From assembly GCF_000023205.1 (NCBI RefSeq), contig NC_012803.1, positions 2,160,001 to 2,192,000 of the forward strand: DNA of 32,000 nt, written 5' to 3'. Shown here piece by piece: positions 15,786 through 23,004 of the stretch. The stretch comes from Micrococcus luteus NCTC 2665 (GTDB taxonomy: Bacteria > Actinomycetota > Actinomycetes > Actinomycetales > Micrococcaceae). Position 1 is the first letter of the stretch. Every line of letters starts with the position of its first letter. The position numbers and the translations under genes are program-made. Under the pieces are notes generated by a model. The model did no database searches. It was not told the origin of the DNA and saw only the letters and a program-made list of their open reading frames with translations.

Positions 15786-16219
15786 GCCGCCACCGCCAAC
15801 GAGCGCAGGACGGCCAGCGCCGTCTCCTCGGCCGCCTGCTCCCGGGCCTCGGCGTCTCGGCGTGCGTCCTCCGCCTCCCGCTCGGCGGTGGCCCGCAGGG
15901 CGAGCCACTCCCCGGCCTCCCGTTCGAGCTCCGCCGCCAGGGTCGCCGCCCGCCGCACGGCCTCCCCATAGGCGCCGGCGGCCTCCCCGCGCCATGCCGT
16001 GTGCATCGCCGAGCGCACGTCCGTGGCGGCGCTGACCAGCCCGCCCAGCGCCGTGCGCAGCTGCGTCTGGGCCACGGCGAGGTCGGCGAGGGCCTGCTCG
16101 GCGGCCTCCCGCTCGCGCCGGGCGGGGTCGGCCCACGCGGCCAGGCGGGCGGCGTCGTCGTCGAGTCCGACGGCCCGCAGGGCCGTGGCGATCTGCTGAG
16201 GTCCGATGAGGGGTGGCAT
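15782..16219 (-). CDS. Small all-helical protein with a central W-x-G motif (WXG100-like)
   Basis: The protein is 145 aa from ATG 16219. Long Ala/Glu/Arg-rich helices flank HTAWRGEAAGAY (W-R-G). Its stop overlaps the start of the hydrolase gene. The family assignment is tentative. Confidence 0.5.
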   Translation of the reverse strand: MPPLIGPQQIATALRAVGLDDDAARLAAWADPARREREAAEQALADLAVAQTQLRTALGGLVSAATDVRSAMHTAWRGEAAGAYGEAVRRAATLAAELEREAGEWLALRATAEREAEDARRDAEAREQAAEETALAVLRSLAVAA

Positions 16220-16369
16220 GCGGCCACCGTAGGGAGGGCCCGGGTCCCGCGACCGCGGCGCGGGGCGGTCCGGGGATGGGGGACGCCGTCGGAACGCCTG
16301 TGCAGGAGCCAACCCTCCCGCACCGTCCCGGCGGCCGCATCGCACCCGGGTCGCACCGGCTCCGGCGTG

Positions 16370-16398
16370 TTGACCGAGGTCACACCCTGGCCTATCCT
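16370..16398 (+). promoter_or_regulatory. Candidate sigma-70-type promoter of the paaABCDE-paaG operon
   Basis: TTGACC (16370-16375), a 17-nt spacer, then TATCCT (16393-16398). A paralogous architecture, including a CACACC box in the spacer, occurs at 22910-22939. Confidence 0.5.
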
Positions 16399-16427
16399 GA
16401 ACGAGCGGTCAGTAATTCGGTGCGCCC
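16392..16427. promoter_or_regulatory. Candidate PaaR-type (TetR family) operator overlapping the paaA promoter
   Basis: The block CCTGAACGAGCGGTCAGTAATTCGGTGCGCCC is shared with 22943-22974. The right half, AACGAGCGGTCAGT, fits NNCGNNCGGTNAGT of the Corynebacterium glutamicum PaaR motif ACTNACCGNNCGNNCGGTNAGT, as I recall it. Confidence 0.55.
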
Positions 16428-16478
16428 CGGTGCGCCCTGACCACGGAACCAGCCCGCACTCAGCGTGAGGTGATCCCC

Positions 16479-17486
16479 ATGACGCAGACCAGCTCCCCCC
16501 AGCACCTGGCCTCCGTCCCGTCCCCCGAGGATGCGGCCGGCCAGGAGAACTTCGATCGCCTGATCGCGGAGGACTCGCGCATCGAGCCCCGCGACTGGAT
16601 GCCCGAGGCGTACCGCAAGTCCCTGACCCGCCAGGTCTCCCAGCACGCCCACTCCGAGATCATCGGCATGCAGCCGGAGGCCAACTGGATCACCCGCGCC
16701 CCCTCCCTGAAGCGCAAGGCGATCCTCATGGCCAAGGTCCAGGACGAGGCCGGCCACGGCCTGTACCTGTACTCCGCCGCCGAGACCCTCGGCACCCCGC
16801 GGGACGAGCTGAACGAGCAGCTGCTCTCCGGCCGCGCGAAGTACTCCTCGATCTTCAACTACCCGGCCCGCACCTGGGCGGACATGGGCGCGATCGGCTG
16901 GCTCGTCGACGGCGCCGCGATCTGCAACCAGGTGCCGCTGTGCCGCGCCTCCTACGGCCCGTACGGCCGCGCGATGGTGCGCGTCTGCAAGGAGGAGTCG
17001 TTCCACCAGCGCCAGGGCTGGGAGATCCTCTACAAGCTCTCGCACGGCACCCCCGAGCAGAAGCAGATGGCCCAGGACGCCGTGGACCGCTTCTACGGCC
17101 CCGCCCTGCAGATGTTCGGCCCGCCGGATGATGACTCCCCCAACTCCCGCCAGTCCATGGCGTGGAAGGTCAAGCGCTTCTCCAACGACGACCTGCGCCA
17201 GCGCTTCGTGGACATGATCGTCCCGCAGGCCGAGGCTCTCGGCCTCACCCTGCCGGACCCGGACCTGAAGTGGAACGAGGAGCGCGGCCACTACGACTTC
17301 GGCGAGCTGGACTGGGACGAGTTCATGTCCGTGATCAAGGGCGACGGCCCCATGAACACCCAGCGCATGGCCCGCCGCATCCAGGCCCACGAGGAGGGCG
17401 CCTGGGTCCGCGAGGCCGCCGCCGCCTACGCCCGCCGCCAGGCCGAGCAGAACGCGCCGGCCGAGACCCACCTGATCGGAGCCTGA
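16479..17486 (+). CDS. paaA: 1,2-phenylacetyl-CoA epoxidase, catalytic subunit A
   Basis: Di-iron motifs and PaaA-typical runs are present: [15 protein letters not shown]...[47 protein letters not shown]. The start is ATG 16479, after GAGGTG. Confidence 0.92.
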   Translation: MTQTSSPQHLASVPSPEDAAGQENFDRLIAEDSRIEPRDWMPEAYRKSLTRQVSQHAHSEIIGMQPEANWITRAPSLKRKAILMAKVQDEAGHGLYLYSAAETLGTPRDELNEQLLSGRAKYSSIFNYPARTWADMGAIGWLVDGAAICNQVPLCRASYGPYGRAMVRVCKEESFHQRQGWEILYKLSHGTPEQKQMAQDAVDRFYGPALQMFGPPDDDSPNSRQSMAWKVKRFSNDDLRQRFVDMIVPQAEALGLTLPDPDLKWNEERGHYDFGELDWDEFMSVIKGDGPMNTQRMARRIQAHEEGAWVREAAAAYARRQAEQNAPAETHLIGA

Positions 17487-17489
17487 CCC

Positions 17490-17792
17490 ATGAGCGAGAC
17501 CACCGCCGCCTCCCACGCCTGGCCCCTGTGGGAGGTCTTCGTCCGCGCCAACCGCGGCCTCTCCCACGTGCATGCCGGTTCGCTGCACGCCCCGGACGCC
17601 ACCCTGGCGCTGCGCAACGCGCGGGACCTGTACACCCGCCGCAACGAGGGCACCTCCGTGTGGGTCGTCCCGGCCGAGGCCATCGCGGCCTCCGACCCGG
17701 ACTCCAAGGGCGGCTTCTTCGAGTCCCCGCAGGGCAAGTCCTACCGTCACGCCACCTACTACCAGCAGTCCGAGGGGGTGCCGCACCTGTGA
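17490..17792 (+). CDS. paaB: 1,2-phenylacetyl-CoA epoxidase, subunit B
   Basis: The protein is 100 aa. WPLWEVFVR...GL.H.H.GSLHA.D...AL.NARD.Y.RR.EG.S.WVV is the PaaB signature. It lies immediately after paaA. Confidence 0.92.
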   Translation: MSETTAASHAWPLWEVFVRANRGLSHVHAGSLHAPDATLALRNARDLYTRRNEGTSVWVVPAEAIAASDPDSKGGFFESPQGKSYRHATYYQQSEGVPHL

Positions 17793-18622
17793 GCTTCGCG
17801 ACCAACGACTCCGCCACGAAGCACTCCGCGGGCGTGGCCATCACCGCGGAGGAGATCGCGGCCGGCGAGCAGAAGACGAGCGACGACGTCGCCCGCTACG
17901 CCCTCGCCCTCGGTGACGACGCCCTGATGCTCGGCCAGCGCCTGTCCTGGTGGATCTCGCGCGCCCCGGAGCTCGAGGAGGACATCGCCCTGGGCAACAT
18001 CGCCCTGGACCTCGTGGGCCACGCCCGCTTCCTCCTCTCCTACGCCGGCACGGCGTGGGGCAGGACCGAGGACGAGCTCGCGTACTTCCGCGACGAGGAG
18101 GAGTTCCGCTCCGTCCGCCTCGTGGAGGCCGAGAACGGCGACTTCGCCAAGACCATCGCCCGCCAGCTGTACTACTCGTTCTACTCGTACGAGCTGTACA
18201 CCCGCCTGCGCGAGTCCACGGACCCCACGCTCGCCGCCATCGCGGACAAGGCCCTCAAGGAGGTCCTGTACCACCAGGACCACGCCGCCCTGTGGCTGCA
18301 GCGCCTGGGCCTGGGCACCGAGGAGTCGAAGCGTCGCATGCAGCGCGGCCTGGACGAGCTGTGGCCCTACGTGGCTGAGCTCTTCCACGACGACGACGTC
18401 GTCCGCGCCCTCGCCGAGCAGGGCGTCGCCGTGCTGCCGTCCTCGCTCGAGGAGCCGACGATGACCCGCATCCGCGCGGCCATCGAGGAGGCCGGCCTGA
18501 CCGTCCCGACGACGGGCACCGCCCGCGGCGGCGACCGTTCCGGCGCCATGAGCGAGTACCGCGGGTACATCCTCGCGGAGATGCAGTCCCTGGCGCGCCG
18601 TCACCCGGGAGCGACCTGGTGA
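17789..18622 (+). CDS. paaC: 1,2-phenylacetyl-CoA epoxidase, subunit C
   Basis: The GTG 17789 start overlaps the paaB stop as GTGA. LALGDDALMLGQRLSWWISRAPELEEDIALGNIALDL.G.AR is typical of PaaC. Gene order supports the call. Confidence 0.88.
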   Translation: MSFATNDSATKHSAGVAITAEEIAAGEQKTSDDVARYALALGDDALMLGQRLSWWISRAPELEEDIALGNIALDLVGHARFLLSYAGTAWGRTEDELAYFRDEEEFRSVRLVEAENGDFAKTIARQLYYSFYSYELYTRLRESTDPTLAAIADKALKEVLYHQDHAALWLQRLGLGTEESKRRMQRGLDELWPYVAELFHDDDVVRALAEQGVAVLPSSLEEPTMTRIRAAIEEAGLTVPTTGTARGGDRSGAMSEYRGYILAEMQSLARRHPGATW

Positions 18623-19128
18623 CCACCGCCGGCGAGCTGCGCCCCGCCGATCCCGCCGATGCGCGGGTCTGGGATGCGGCCTCCACCGTGCACGACCCGG
18701 AGATCCCCGTGCTGTCCATCGCGGACCTGGGGATCCTCCGGGAGGCACGGGTCGAGGGCGAGAGGGCCGTCGTCGTCATCACGCCCACCTATTCCGGCTG
18801 TCCCGCCATGGACACCATCACCACGGACGTCGCCCGCGCGCTCGGGCGCGCCGGGTTCCCCGACGCCGAGGTGCGCCTGGTGCTCCAGCCGGCGTGGACC
18901 ACGGACTGGATGACGGACGAGGGCAAGGCCAAGCTCAACGAGTACGGCATCGCCCCGCCCGTCGCGCGCACCACGGACGGCCCGGTCCGGATCGGCATGG
19001 CCGTGAAGTGCCCGCGCTGCCACTCCCTGAACACCCGCGAGATCACCCGCTTCGGCTCCACCTCCTGCAAGGCCCTCTACACCTGCCGGGAGTGCCTCGA
19101 GCCCTTCGACTACTTCAAGGTGCACTGA
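18619..19128 (+). CDS. paaD: Phenylacetate-CoA oxygenase subunit PaaD (PaaJ in some nomenclatures)
   Basis: The GTG 18619 start overlaps the paaC stop as GTGA. V.DPE.PV.SI.DLG.....V.......V.ITPTYSGCPAM is present, together with a C-terminal Cys cluster (CPRC....C...Y.C..C.EPF..FK). Confidence 0.88.
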   Translation: MTTAGELRPADPADARVWDAASTVHDPEIPVLSIADLGILREARVEGERAVVVITPTYSGCPAMDTITTDVARALGRAGFPDAEVRLVLQPAWTTDWMTDEGKAKLNEYGIAPPVARTTDGPVRIGMAVKCPRCHSLNTREITRFGSTSCKALYTCRECLEPFDYFKVH

Positions 19129-20297
19129 TGACCGAGACCACCGACGCCCCCACCACCGGCAAGCGCCGCGCCACGTTCAACACCCTCGAGGTGTCCGAGC
19201 TGCGCCGCCTGACCGACGACTCCGTGGAGGTCACCTTCGCGGTGCCCGAGGAGCTCGCCGACGACTACGACTACGTGCCGGGCCAGTACGTGGCCCTGCG
19301 CAAGGAGCTCGACGGCGCCGAGGTGCGCCGGTCCTACTCGATCTGCGCCGTCCCGAAGCGCGGTGAGATCCGCGTGGCCGTGAAGAAGGACATCGGCGGC
19401 AGGTTCTCCACGTGGGCCAACGAGAGCCTCGAGGTCGGCGAGAAGATCGACGTGATGAACCCGCAGGGCGCGTTCACGTCCCGCACGCACGTCACCTCCC
19501 TCAACGACGCCCAGAAGGTGGCGGCGGAGAAGGTCGCGGAGAAGAAGGACACGCACCTGGTGGCGTTCGCGGCCGGCTCGGGCATCACCCCGATCATGGC
19601 GATCGCCAAGGCCGTGCTCGCGGCCTCCGAGACCTCGCGCTTCGACCTGGTCTACGCGAACCGCTCCGCCATGGACGTGATGTTCGCCGAGGAGATCGGC
19701 GACCTCAAGGACAAGTACCCGGCCCGGTTCACGGTGCACCACGTGCTCTCCCGAGAGCAGCGCGTGTCCCCGCTGCTCTCCGGCCGCATCGACGAGGACA
19801 AGCTCACCACCCTCCTGGACCGCGTGATCGACGTGGAGGGCACCGACGAGTGGTTCCTCTGCGGCCCGTTCGAGCTCGTGCAGCTCACCCGTGAGACGCT
19901 CGCCGCCCGCGGCGTGTCCGAGGACGACGTGCGCTTCGAGCTGTTCACCACCGGCCGCCCGGAGAACCCGCAGGGCCACTCCGGCCGCGTGGTGGAGGTG
20001 GACCCGAAGGGCGACAACGTGACCATCGAGTTCAACCTCGACGGCCTCACCGCCAAGGTCGAGTCCCCCAAGTCCGCCCACGAGACGGTCCTCAACGCCG
20101 CGCTGCGCGTCCGCTCGGACGTGCCCTTCGCGTGCGCCGGCGGCGTGTGCGGCACCTGCCGCGCCAAGGTCGTCGACGGCGCGTACGAGATGGACGAGAA
20201 CTACGCGCTCGAGAAGGACGAGGTGGAGAAGGGCTACGTGCTCACGTGCCAGACCCGCCCGACCTCCGACTCGATCACGCTCGACTTCGACGCCTGA
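19128..20297 (+). CDS. paaE: Phenylacetyl-CoA epoxidase reductase subunit (FNR-like FAD/NAD domains plus a plant-type 2Fe-2S domain)
   Basis: The ATG 19128 start overlaps the paaD stop by 1 nt. Motifs are RSYSIC (FAD-binding RxYS), GSGITP (NAD) and the C-terminal CAGGVCGTCRAKV...C ferredoxin motif. Confidence 0.9.
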   Translation: MTETTDAPTTGKRRATFNTLEVSELRRLTDDSVEVTFAVPEELADDYDYVPGQYVALRKELDGAEVRRSYSICAVPKRGEIRVAVKKDIGGRFSTWANESLEVGEKIDVMNPQGAFTSRTHVTSLNDAQKVAAEKVAEKKDTHLVAFAAGSGITPIMAIAKAVLAASETSRFDLVYANRSAMDVMFAEEIGDLKDKYPARFTVHHVLSREQRVSPLLSGRIDEDKLTTLLDRVIDVEGTDEWFLCGPFELVQLTRETLAARGVSEDDVRFELFTTGRPENPQGHSGRVVEVDPKGDNVTIEFNLDGLTAKVESPKSAHETVLNAALRVRSDVPFACAGGVCGTCRAKVVDGAYEMDENYALEKDEVEKGYVLTCQTRPTSDSITLDFDA

Positions 20298-20328
20298 GCG
20301 CCCGCCCACGAGACCGAAGGAGCCCCCG

Positions 20329-21114
20329 ATGATCGAGATCACCGTCGAGAACGGCGTCGCCGAGATCGTGTTGGACGCCCCCCAGAGGATGAACGCCCTG
20401 GACGATGCCGCGCTGGCCGAACTCCAGGCCGCCTACGAGCGGGCCGCCGCCGGCGTCGAGTCCGGCGAGGTCCGGGCCGTGCTGCTGCGCGGCGAGGGCC
20501 GCGGCTTCTGCGCGGGCCGCGACATCTCCGCCGTGGTCCCGGCCGAGGACGACGCCACCGCCTACCTGCGGGACAGGGTCACCCCGGTGCTGCGGGCCAT
20601 GTCCGAGATCCCGGTGCCCACCTTCGCCGCGGTGCAGGGCGCCTGCCTGGGCGTGGGCCTCGGCCTCGCGATCGCCACGGACGTGGTGTACGTGGCCGAG
20701 GACGCGAAGATCGGCTCGCCGTTCGCGAACCTCGGGGCCACCCTGGACTCGGGCGGCCACTGGCTGTTCACCGAGCGCCTGGGCGCGCACCGCACCCTGG
20801 ACCTGATCTACACGGCCGAGCTCCTCTCGGGCGCCGAGGCCGTCCAGGCCGGGCTGTTCTCCCGGGCCCTGCCCGCGGACGAGCTGCTCGAGTTCACCCG
20901 CGCCAAGGTCGCCCAGGTGGCCTCCGGCGCGACCCTCGCGTTCCGCGCGTCGAAGGAGCTCGTGGCCCAGGTCCGCGACCACCGTGTGGGCCTGTGGGAG
21001 TCCCTCGGCGCGGAGAACATCGCCCAGGGCGAGCTCTGCGGCACCGCCGACTACGCCGAGGGCTTCCAGGCCTTCCAGGAGAAGCGGAAGCCGGAGTTCA
21101 CCGGCCGCGGCTGA
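20329..21114 (+). CDS. paaG: Enoyl-CoA hydratase/isomerase family protein, probably 1,2-epoxyphenylacetyl-CoA isomerase
   Basis: The crotonase fold reads LLRGEGRGFCAGRDIS and F.NLG...DSGG.WL...LG. The C-terminus ADYAEGFQAFQEKRKPEFTG resembles the E. coli PaaG tail (ADYREGVSAFLAKRSPQFTG). It follows paaE, with GAAGGAG 5 nt upstream. Assigning PaaG rather than PaaF is inference. Confidence 0.75.
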   Translation: MIEITVENGVAEIVLDAPQRMNALDDAALAELQAAYERAAAGVESGEVRAVLLRGEGRGFCAGRDISAVVPAEDDATAYLRDRVTPVLRAMSEIPVPTFAAVQGACLGVGLGLAIATDVVYVAEDAKIGSPFANLGATLDSGGHWLFTERLGAHRTLDLIYTAELLSGAEAVQAGLFSRALPADELLEFTRAKVAQVASGATLAFRASKELVAQVRDHRVGLWESLGAENIAQGELCGTADYAEGFQAFQEKRKPEFTGRG

Positions 21115-21132
21115 GCCGCCGCACCCCGCCAC

Positions 21133-21180
21133 CGACGACGGCGCCGCACCCTTTGCGTGAAGGGCGCGGCGCCGTCGTCG
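21133..21180 (+). terminator. Hairpin terminator after the paaA-G operon
   Basis: CGACGACGGCGCCGCACCCTT pairs with AAGGGCGCGGCGCCGTCGTCG as a 21-bp stem with one mismatch and a 6-nt loop. It begins 19 nt after the stop codon. Confidence 0.65.
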
Positions 21181-21241
21181 TCCCGGCTTGGCCGCGTCAC
21201 ATTCCCGTCATCAGCTGGGATCGTGGCGTGAGTCACAGAGG

Positions 21242-21253
21242 ATCGTATACGGT
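21242..21253. promoter_or_regulatory. ATCGTATACGGT, a near copy of the hpaH-upstream palindrome
   Basis: It matches 563-574 at 11 of 12 positions. It lies 93 nt upstream of the MFS transporter start and is flanked by GTGAC/GTCAC repeats. Confidence 0.35.
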
Positions 21254-21263
21254 GACGGGTGTC

Positions 21264-21285
21264 ACTTCCCGACCGATCGGTCGGG
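21264..21285. promoter_or_regulatory. Candidate PaaR-type operator containing the perfect 18-bp palindrome CCCGACCGATCGGTCGGG
   Basis: ACTTCCCGACCGATCGGTCGGG matches the remembered motif ACTNACCGNNCGNNCGGTNAGT at 15 of 18 specified positions. The same core is at 28768-28789. It lies 61 nt upstream of the transporter start. Confidence 0.55.
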
Positions 21286-21345
21286 AACCACACCGTCCCG
21301 CCGCCGTCTCACGGTCGGCCGCCGCCCCGCATCCCAGGAGCATCC

Positions 21346-22704
21346 ATGAGCCACACCGTCGCATCCCCCGCGGCGACCGCCCCCGCGCGTGACCGCCGCG
21401 AGGAGCGCAAGGTCATCGCCGGCACCGTCGTCGGCACCACCATCGAGTGGTACGACTTCTTCATCTTCGCCCAGGCCACCGCACTCGTCTTCGCCGCCCT
21501 CTTCTTCCAGCCGATGGGCGAGAACGGCTCCCAGATCGCCGCGTGGGCCACCCTCGGCATCTCCTTCCTCATCCGCCCGCTCGGCGCGATCATCGCCGGC
21601 CACCTCGGCGACCGCTTCGGCCGCAAGTTCGTCCTGTCCCTCACGCTGATCGGCATGGGCCTGGCCACCACCCTCATCGGCCTGCTGCCCACCTACGCCC
21701 AGATCGGTGTGTGGGCCCCGATCCTGCTCGTCGTGCTGCGCCTGCTGCAGGGCCTGTCCGCCGGCGGCGAGTGGGGCGGCGCGGCGCTGCTGTCCGTGGA
21801 GCACGCCCCCCACGGCAAGCGCGGCCTGTTCGGCTCCGCTCCGCAGATCGGCGTGCCGCTGGGCATGATCCTGGCCACCGGCGTGCTGTTCATCGTGCGC
21901 TCCACCATGTCCGAGGAGCAGTTCCTCGCCTGGGGCTGGCGCATCCCGTTCCTGATCTCCGTGGTGCTGATCGTCGTCGGCTACCTGATCCGCAAGGCCG
22001 TCGAGGAGTCCCCGGTCTTCAAGGAGATGCAGCAGCTCAAGGTGGACGAGTCCGCCCCGCTGGGCGAGCTCTTCCGGCACCACACCAAGGAGGTCATCCT
22101 CGCCGCCGTGATCTTCGCCGCGAACAACGGCGTCGGCTACCTGCTCATCGCGTGGTTCTCGAAGTACGGCGGCCCGAAGGGCCTGGGCATGACCTCCTCC
22201 GAGGTGCTCATCGCGAGCCTCATCGGCGGCGTCGGCTGGTTCATCTTCACCCTGCTCGGCGGCTGGGTCTCGGACAAGATCGGCCGCAAGCTGACCTTCG
22301 TCCTCGGCTACGGCTTCCTGATCGTCTGGGCCTTCCCGCTGTTCGGGCTGCTCAACACCGCGTCTCTGCCGCTGTTCTCGCTGGGCCTGTTCGTTCTGAC
22401 CCTCGGCCTGGGCCCGTCCTACGGCCCGCAGTCGGCGATGTACGCCGAGATGTTCCCGGCCCGCGTCCGCTTCTCCGGCGTCTCCATCGGCTACGCGCTC
22501 GGCACCATCATCGGCGGCGCCTTCGCCCCGCTGATCGCCGACCAGCTCGTGAAGACCGGCTGGGAGAACGTGGCCTGGTACATCATCGCGATCTCCGCGG
22601 TCTCGCTCATCGCCGTCCTGTTCGTCCCCAAGGGCATCCAGGACCGCGAGCTGCACGATGAGCAGGTCGTGGCCACGCGCTCGAACCCGGTGGTGCCGGC
22701 CTGA
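21346..22704 (+). CDS. MFS transporter, metabolite:H+ symporter (MHS) subfamily; a likely aromatic/organic acid importer
   Basis: The protein is 452 aa with about 12 hydrophobic segments. The MHS-type N-terminus reads GT.VGTTIEWYDFFI...A.ALVF..LFF, followed by GHLGDRFGRK and LRLLQGLSAGGEWGGA. AGGAG lies upstream of ATG 21346. Confidence 0.85.
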   Translation: MSHTVASPAATAPARDRREERKVIAGTVVGTTIEWYDFFIFAQATALVFAALFFQPMGENGSQIAAWATLGISFLIRPLGAIIAGHLGDRFGRKFVLSLTLIGMGLATTLIGLLPTYAQIGVWAPILLVVLRLLQGLSAGGEWGGAALLSVEHAPHGKRGLFGSAPQIGVPLGMILATGVLFIVRSTMSEEQFLAWGWRIPFLISVVLIVVGYLIRKAVEESPVFKEMQQLKVDESAPLGELFRHHTKEVILAAVIFAANNGVGYLLIAWFSKYGGPKGLGMTSSEVLIASLIGGVGWFIFTLLGGWVSDKIGRKLTFVLGYGFLIVWAFPLFGLLNTASLPLFSLGLFVLTLGLGPSYGPQSAMYAEMFPARVRFSGVSIGYALGTIIGGAFAPLIADQLVKTGWENVAWYIIAISAVSLIAVLFVPKGIQDRELHDEQVVATRSNPVVPA

Positions 22705-22740
22705 TCCGGCCCGCCTGACGGGCTGCGCCCGTCCCCACCC

Positions 22741-22786
22741 CACGACGACGGCGCGTCCCCCTCCGGAAGGGCGCGCCGTCGTCGTG
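22741..22786 (+). terminator. Hairpin terminator after the MFS transporter gene
   Basis: CACGACGACGGCGCGTCCC ... GGGCGCGCCGTCGTCGTG is an imperfect stem of about 18 bp. It begins 37 nt after the stop codon. Confidence 0.6.
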
Positions 22787-22812
22787 CGGTGCGCGGGCCG
22801 GACCGGACCGGC

Positions 22813-22870
22813 GCCGAGGCCCGCAGACACGCCGCCACGTCGGGGACGAAGCGGCGGGTCTGCGGGCCTC
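22813..22870. repeat. Family B 58-nt hairpin repeat, copy B1
   Basis: The sequence is GCCGAGGCCCGCAGACACGCCGCCACGTCGGGGACGAAGCGGCGGGTCTGCGGGCCTC. It has the same length, ends and stem as 27487-27544 and 28610-28667. Confidence 0.7.
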
Positions 22871-22909
22871 AGCGCGGGGCGCGCTGTCCCGTCACACCCG
22901 CCCCCGCAG

Positions 22910-22939
22910 TTGACCCCCATCACACCGGCCCGGGATACT
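22910..22939 (+). promoter_or_regulatory. Candidate promoter of the paaJ-paaF-paaH operon
   Basis: TTGACC (22910-22915), an 18-nt spacer containing CACACC, then GATACT (22934-22939). It is paralogous to the paaA promoter. Confidence 0.5.
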
Positions 22940-22942
22940 GAA

Positions 22943-22974
22943 CCTGAACGCACGGTCGGTAATTCGCCGCGCCC
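22943..22974. promoter_or_regulatory. Candidate PaaR-type operator downstream of the paaJ promoter
   Basis: CCTGAACGCACGGTCGGTAATTCGCCGCGCCC matches 16396-16427 at 27 of 32 positions. Confidence 0.55.
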
Positions 22975-23004
22975 GCCCCGTCGTCGGTCACTCAAGGAGT
23001 CTCC

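Noticed and set aside
16419-16437. The direct repeat GGTGCGCCC-C-GGTGCGCCC downstream of the paaA operator.
   Set aside because: It is short and GC-rich, and it is not reproduced at the paralogous paaJ promoter, which has only GCGCCC there. It is probably part of the 5' UTR with no separable function.
253-22786. The terminator hairpins at 253, 9292, 21133 and 22741 share GACGACG(G/T)CG...CG(C/A)CGTCGTC stems. Related half-sites occur at 1408-1420, 28571-28585, 28700-28712 and 30985-30996. Together they could be a fourth repeat family.
   Set aside because: The loops and inner stems differ, and GACGAC/GTCGTC runs are very common in this composition. The full hairpins sit exactly where terminators are expected. 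I treat them as terminators of similar style rather than as a mobile repeat, although a genome-wide count could revise this.
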